Origin: a candidate division CSSED10-310 bacterium
Lineage (GTDB): Bacteria > CSSED10-310
Assembly: GCA_016931515.1 (NCBI GenBank)
Contig: JAFGEQ010000002.1
Location: 104,175-168,174 of the forward strand
Direction of reading: 5' to 3'
Length of the DNA: 64,000 nt
Below the pieces are notes generated by a model. The model saw only the letters and a list, made by a program, of their open reading frames with translations, was not told the origin of the DNA and did no database searches. The first letter of the stretch is position 1; each line of letters begins with the position of its first letter. Shown here piece after piece: positions 59,034-64,000 of the stretch. Made by a program: the position numbers and the translations under genes.

Positions 59034-60299
59034 TTAAAGAGCGCTGAAAGATCCCCATTCAGTCACGTTCCAGGCCAGGAGATCAAACGATTCGGCATCG
59101 AAACAGGCTCCCCAGAACCGCAATCCGCCGGTTAAAGTGACACCGGCTGGCCATTGAAACGCCAGCAGGACTTCCGACCGGTACTGACCGCGTTGAATCG
59201 TCCCGGTGACCCAGTCCACATTCGGGGTGAAATCGGGATAAAACCAGAAGCCGCCGCAAGCATCCAGAATGATGACTTCGATGACATCGAGCGCTTCAGT
59301 GCCCGGATTGCCTGTCCTCCGTTCAAGAACGAACCAGTCGTCTGCGCCCGTTGCCATAGACGGGATATAAAGGCTGTAATGGAGCCCGTCCGGCACCGGC
59401 AAATCGGAATACTCAAACCATTGCGCATCACGCCCTATATTGCATGTGCCGTATTTCATGTAAGCGACTCCTTCATCACCCCAGCCGGTTCCCCACGAGT
59501 TCTTGACGAACCAGGCACCGGTGCCGCCGCACATCGCATCATCCCATCCGACGATGATAACACCGTGGTTGATCGGTTGAGTGGCTGCATTTTCATAGCA
59601 TCCGGCAGTATAGAACATGAAATTGTTGTAGACCGTCATGCTGCAGGACAGGGCACCGTGGTAAAGCAAGGCATATTTCAGGGAGTTGATGCTGTACGGA
59701 ACCGGGTAAGCTCCGGCGATCCAGCCGACCGGCGAACAGTCGTTTTGCAGGCAATCGCCATCCTCATCGATATAGGGATAACAGGATTCCTCCACCAGGC
59801 CATAGTCCCGCAATGCCGTCCATCCGTTGATGAAACCGCCATCGCAGCCGTAACCGTTGGCATTGCAGTCGAGCAGCTGCTGTTCAGAGAGGTCCATCTC
59901 TATACCGGTTGCGAGCAGGGCTGCCGATTCGGCTCCACCGATCAGGGAAAACGCCCAGCAGGGGAAACAATCACCCATCCCCTGCTGACGGGCGGGGGTA
60001 TATCCGCCGTTTTCGCGCCAATCAAACCGGGTTGGGAAAGTCATGGATTCGACCAGTGGATTGGGTGTCGGCCAAGCCGCAGGCGCAGCGGTTGTGGAGC
60101 CGTAATGCGACATGAGCAACCCGGGATCGCGAATAAAACAGGTGGACACACCGGTCTGACCTGCGATCCAATCCTGCCGGTTGGCGTCAATATCCTGATT
60201 GATCCGGTATAACATGTCATTTTCGTCATCGGAAATTGCCATGACCGGTAGGCTGATAATGAGCAGCAGCGCAAAAATGAGTAAAAAACAATTTTTCAT
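59034..60299 (-). CDS. Secreted papain-family (C1A) cysteine protease with the conserved WFYP/FxWP C-terminal domain
   Basis: FDWRE, QQGMGDCFPCWAF, LSEQQLLDC, GCDGG, NHGVIIVGW and KNSWG..WG motifs. Confidence 0.92.
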   Translation of the reverse strand: MKNCFLLIFALLLIISLPVMAISDDENDMLYRINQDIDANRQDWIAGQTGVSTCFIRDPGLLMSHYGSTTAAPAAWPTPNPLVESMTFPTRFDWRENGGYTPARQQGMGDCFPCWAFSLIGGAESAALLATGIEMDLSEQQLLDCNANGYGCDGGFINGWTALRDYGLVEESCYPYIDEDGDCLQNDCSPVGWIAGAYPVPYSINSLKYALLYHGALSCSMTVYNNFMFYTAGCYENAATQPINHGVIIVGWDDAMCGGTGAWFVKNSWGTGWGDEGVAYMKYGTCNIGRDAQWFEYSDLPVPDGLHYSLYIPSMATGADDWFVLERRTGNPGTEALDVIEVIILDACGGFWFYPDFTPNVDWVTGTIQRGQYRSEVLLAFQWPAGVTLTGGLRFWGACFDAESFDLLAWNVTEWGSFSAL

Positions 60300-60379
60300 C
60301 AGATGTCTCCGGAGTCATCCATTCAGATGCAATAAAACCTATAAGAAACAGGAAGATCCGTCAATGGTTGTTGGTGCAT

Positions 60380-61552
60380 TCATATACAGGCTCCGTAAGG
60401 GATCATGCAGTAACTGCACACCGGCAGCCAGCCTTCTTTCGCAATAGTGCGCCGGATCCATGTGTATTCCGAACCGTACCAAATATCGCGAAATGAAGTC
60501 ATCCTGACATTACCAACCGAATAAAAATGGCAGAAATGCGCAGGTATCACCGATCCATCCGGGTAGATGTACGTTCCGAGACGGAACAACGGGCATTTGA
60601 ATCCGGGTACATCCGGCATGGGTCGTGGCCGATAATAATTTTGAAGATCCCGGATACTCAGATCGGGTACGAATTCGATGTGGAGATCACGTTTCGTCCG
60701 GGCAACGATTCTGAGTTGATTAATCGCTGCAGAGATGTCACCGATGTCGAACTGGTCGGTATCGATTTGTTCCCCCCATGTCCAGCGAGGGTTCTGACGC
60801 GGATCTTGAGTACAGGCACTCACAGACGCCAGATCCAACGAGCTGAAATGAAAGAAATGCTGAACGGAAAACCGGCGGATGCCGAATTCGGACAGATACT
60901 GCACCGTCGACAGCAGGTGCGGGATGGTTTCCGGTGTCATCACGATAATGGCATTGACACCCGGCGCTTTCGATCCGTATTCGCGGATAAGCTGATGCAA
61001 GGTTGCCAGGGAGCGGTCCAGTTGGGCGAAATTCCCATTTCCGCGGATGCTCTCGTACACATCGTTCACACCATCGATGGAAATATACAAATGCCGGATG
61101 CCGGCTTTAAAGAGGTCCGCCGCGCAATCCTCCAGAAGCAATCCATTGGTCCCGACTCCGACATGCATGCGGTATCGTTGTGACAATCTTTCTACAATCG
61201 GGATCGTGTGTTCTGATAACAGGGGTTCGCCCCCGCTGAGCAGCACTTTCGGTTTGAATGTACCGATCTGATCGAGGAAATCGCACCAATTTTTCCATGA
61301 CATTTCCCGGCTGAAATCGGTATTCGGCGGAATGCGTTCCGGTCGACTCAAATTTGCCTGCAGTCCGCAGATCCGGCAATGCAGGTTGCATCGCATGGTC
61401 GGCGCCATGTAAATGACGGCGGGAAGCGGTACGCGGCACCCCGGAACGGTGATGTCTTTTTTAGCCAATTCTATCTTCAGACGATTGAGCAGTAACGACG
61501 GGTTGTGGATCATCCGAAGCAATTTCTCTTTGAACCGGTGTTGTATCATCAC
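60380..61552 (-). CDS. Radical SAM protein with a SPASM/twitch-like C-terminal domain
   Basis: CNLHCRIC, SGGEPLL, TNG, ISIDG and C-terminal C..YIYPDGSV...GNV...IW...CSYC motifs. Confidence 0.9.
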   Translation of the reverse strand: MMIQHRFKEKLLRMIHNPSLLLNRLKIELAKKDITVPGCRVPLPAVIYMAPTMRCNLHCRICGLQANLSRPERIPPNTDFSREMSWKNWCDFLDQIGTFKPKVLLSGGEPLLSEHTIPIVERLSQRYRMHVGVGTNGLLLEDCAADLFKAGIRHLYISIDGVNDVYESIRGNGNFAQLDRSLATLHQLIREYGSKAPGVNAIIVMTPETIPHLLSTVQYLSEFGIRRFSVQHFFHFSSLDLASVSACTQDPRQNPRWTWGEQIDTDQFDIGDISAAINQLRIVARTKRDLHIEFVPDLSIRDLQNYYRPRPMPDVPGFKCPLFRLGTYIYPDGSVIPAHFCHFYSVGNVRMTSFRDIWYGSEYTWIRRTIAKEGWLPVCSYCMIPYGACI

Positions 61553-61642
61553 TCTTTTCTATCAAAACAGCAGGAACAATTCTACTGGTTTTATCCGATT
61601 GCATTGAACTTTTTTAAAGGTCCTGCCGTTTCGCTCTCAAAT

Positions 61643-61669
61643 AAAAAACCGGTCTGATCGACAGACCGG
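61643..61669 (-). terminator. Rho-independent terminator of the ATP-grasp gene
   Basis: CCGGTCTG-N5-CAGACCGG hairpin followed by TTTTTT on the minus strand. Confidence 0.75.
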
Positions 61670-61700
61670 CATTGAAATCGGACAACTCCGTGAGAGTGTT

Positions 61701-63080
61701 TTATTTGTCGGACACGAAGAATACCGGGACCATTCCGCCACCCTGGTGCACGTTGATGACGCTGCCTTCCGCAGCCCGGACGAACGCGCCGGCAAAATCT
61801 CCATCGTGGGACCAGAGATTCAGATTAACATTTTTAGGGGCGAATCCCTTAAAAACACCGGCTTCCACAACCGGGAATTCATCCCGAGGAATGGATACGA
61901 AATCCTGAACCGTATAAACGATGTTGTCCCGAATCGACTGATCGATCATACCGTTCCATTTTCCATCATCCACAAAACGGCCGACCAGGACTCCAAAACC
62001 GCCATAACCATCATTGGGTTTCAAAACCAGTTTATCCCGGTTTTTCCGGACGAAGGGAATCAGGTCGACTTTCTCGCCCTTATAGTCCGTCTGTTTATCC
62101 AGTAGCGTCCTTGTCCACGGTATATGCCGCTTGTGTATCTCCTGCTCTTCTCTGGAAAAATATTGCGCATACTGCTCATCCGTTAAAATTTCCAGGATTG
62201 ATTTCCAGTCACCCGATGCAGCACTGACAGGATTGATAAAACAAACTGCGTTATCGCGCAGGGCTTGGACAAGTTGCTGACTATCGTCCCAATATGGATC
62301 AAGGATCACGTCATCGATGGCGTCACGGTAGATCAAATGAATCGGTTTACCGCGAAGTGTCAGTATTTTGCCATCGTACCTGAAGTCACGCGGATCGCCG
62401 AACTCGGTGCTAAATCCCATCGCCTGGTAATACTCAACAAACGCCAGGAAATCACCGAGCACCGTTGAATCACGCTTGCAGACAAACGAAATGTTCGGTT
62501 TGTCGAGCGGTTGGATGCCTTTTCGATCACACCATTCCCGATATTTTTTGAAAAACGTCTTGAAATGCGATTTGACCAGCCAGTCGACATGAAATTTATA
62601 TTTATTCTGCAGTGTCTGAATGACCGGCAGATCCAGGAACATTTCGAGCATCTGATCATGCCAGCCCATACCGCTTGGATCGCCGCAATTGTATTCCAGC
62701 AGTTTCAGTTCCTGCGTCTCAGGCATGTAGAAGATATCCAGCCGATTGATGATCTGGTGACCCGGGTATCCCGGGTTGATCGCAGCCAGGTCCGCCACCC
62801 GGCCGGCCATCCGTATCTGTTCCTTGAACAGGCCCTTCTTGAAATACAGGTCACCGATCTTGTTCAGCGATGAAATCAGGTTTTTCGTCACCGACTGAAG
62901 AAGCGGAATCGCTTTCTGATCCATGAAATAAGGTTTTAGGAAAGTTGGAAACAGGTGATCGTCCATGAACATCTTTTTGTCGGTCATCCGCTCCGCCAGC
63001 GTCTGCATCTGAGCAGCCGGGTCGGTAACCGCCAGCGTATCGGCAAAATCCTTGTTGATTCGGTGAAGAATACTGGTCAT
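61701..63080 (-). CDS. Circularly permuted ATP-grasp (glutathionylspermidine synthase-like) amide ligase
   Basis: RLDIF..LKLLEYN..PSGMG, IYR, IPWTR, LVLKPNDGYGGFGV, VQDFV and INVHQGGG motifs. Confidence 0.8.
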   Translation of the reverse strand: MTSILHRINKDFADTLAVTDPAAQMQTLAERMTDKKMFMDDHLFPTFLKPYFMDQKAIPLLQSVTKNLISSLNKIGDLYFKKGLFKEQIRMAGRVADLAAINPGYPGHQIINRLDIFYMPETQELKLLEYNCGDPSGMGWHDQMLEMFLDLPVIQTLQNKYKFHVDWLVKSHFKTFFKKYREWCDRKGIQPLDKPNISFVCKRDSTVLGDFLAFVEYYQAMGFSTEFGDPRDFRYDGKILTLRGKPIHLIYRDAIDDVILDPYWDDSQQLVQALRDNAVCFINPVSAASGDWKSILEILTDEQYAQYFSREEQEIHKRHIPWTRTLLDKQTDYKGEKVDLIPFVRKNRDKLVLKPNDGYGGFGVLVGRFVDDGKWNGMIDQSIRDNIVYTVQDFVSIPRDEFPVVEAGVFKGFAPKNVNLNLWSHDGDFAGAFVRAAEGSVINVHQGGGMVPVFFVSDK

Positions 63081-63409
63081 TGAAGGCTCCTTTCAGTTGA
63101 GGGCTCTAGGTTGTTTTGAATCATATATGATTTTCGCGGGACGAATCAATCGGGAGGAAAAGGAAGGAGCAGGCCATGAGGAAATGGTGAAAAGACGAAT
63201 AGATGATCGGACGACCCCGATGGTTGTAGGAGCGAAAAATCTTTCACCCCTCATGCGGGACGATGATCATTGATAGGGGAAGACGGGCAGGGGCAGAGGA
63301 TTCCGCGTACGCACAATTTTCCGCATGTTATGACTCCTTGTAATTCGAGAACTGAACTGACGTTTTCAGTCAAGTTTATTAGACTGTCATTGATGCAGGA
63401 GGATGGATC

Positions 63410-64000
63410 ATGACTAAAAGAACACGCTTCCTTACGAATCCATTTCAGTTTATTCAGCCGGGAATGACGTTTTTTCAGTGGTTGTTGCTGACTATTGCAG
63501 CAGCGAGCATTGCATGTGCAGCTGATCTGCATGTTCCGGCGGATTACCCGACCATACAGGCGGCTGTCGATGCCGCCGAGGATGCAGACTGCATACTGGT
63601 TGCAGACGGAGTCTTTTCCGGTGACGGTTTCACAAACATCGAATTTAAGGACATCACGATGGCACTCCAATCAGAAAACGGTCCTCTCGGTTGCGTGATT
63701 GACTGTGAACACCAGTCAATCTTCTGCAACATCATCGGCATTCAGACTGGAACGTTGACGATCAGCGGATTCACCGTCATCAACGGATCGACAGGATACG
63801 AGGGCGGCTGCGCAATCCGAAGCTCCAACAGCTCACCCATTATTCAAAAATGCAACTTTTTCTATAACGGCGACATCGACAGAGAAATAAAAGGTGGCGC
63901 GCTTTTTTTCCTGGCCGGCGCTCCGGTCGTCGATCAGTGCCAATTCGAATTCAATGCAGCAGGATTGCATGGCGGAGCCATCGCCGCCCATTCTTCCGAG
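63410..64000 (+). CDS. Secreted right-handed parallel beta-helix protein (partial, runs off window end)
   Basis: Not in the ORF track. AGGAGG RBS; my translation: ...ADLHVPADYPTIQAAVDAAEDADCILVADGVFSGDG..SENGP..VIDC..ISGFTVING..GGAL..FEFNAA..GGAI. Confidence 0.8.
   Translation, partial: MTKRTRFLTNPFQFIQPGMTFFQWLLLTIAAASIACAADLHVPADYPTIQAAVDAAEDADCILVADGVFSGDGFTNIEFKDITMALQSENGPLGCVIDCEHQSIFCNIIGIQTGTLTISGFTVINGSTGYEGGCAIRSSNSSPIIQKCNFFYNGDIDREIKGGALFFLAGAPVVDQCQFEFNAAGLHGGAIAAHSSE

Noticed and set aside
59154-60212. 352-aa plus-strand ORF and similar long antisense ORFs (43807..44655, 27375..28028, 30692..31372, 49146..49832, 57919..58599)
   Set aside because: They lie opposite well-supported genes and show no recognisable motifs; they are typical shadow ORFs.
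60380-63080. Radical SAM/SPASM plus ATP-grasp as a RiPP biosynthetic cluster
   Set aside because: A terminator (61643-61669) separates the two genes. No precursor peptide, RRE domain or transporter was seen, and the ATP-grasp is not the graspetide type.

Overview
This is a gene-dense bacterial chromosomal window (typA, comEA/comEC, sigma-54 activators, a TonB C-terminal domain, so probably a diderm). It holds about 40 CDSs, mostly on the minus strand. I found no rRNA, tRNA, CRISPR array or transposase. It looks like an uncultured, protein-degrading organism. Main observations: (1) Three large secreted proteases (one S8 subtilase, two C25 gingipain-like) carry near-identical Cys-rich dockerin-like modules, and the largest also ends in a cohesin-like domain, which suggests a cellulosome-like proteolytic complex. 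(2) A second, apparently unnamed ~115-aa C-terminal domain (WF[YW]P...FxWP...F[WV][AG]A...W) is shared by three unrelated secreted proteins and may be a lineage-specific sorting or anchoring signal. (3) A complete archaeal-type GatD/GatE amidotransferase pair sits in a bacterial context. (4) A sigma-54 module combines a pseudo-receiver activator, two DUF5666-like secreted proteins with -24/-12 promoters (one ending in a ZU5-like HFS autoproteolysis motif) and a TPR protein. (5) There is a pyroglutamyl peptidase-FolC fusion. Glycosyltransferase, carbamoyltransferase and c-di-GMP genes fill much of the rest. All family calls come from reading motifs by eye; no database searches were run.
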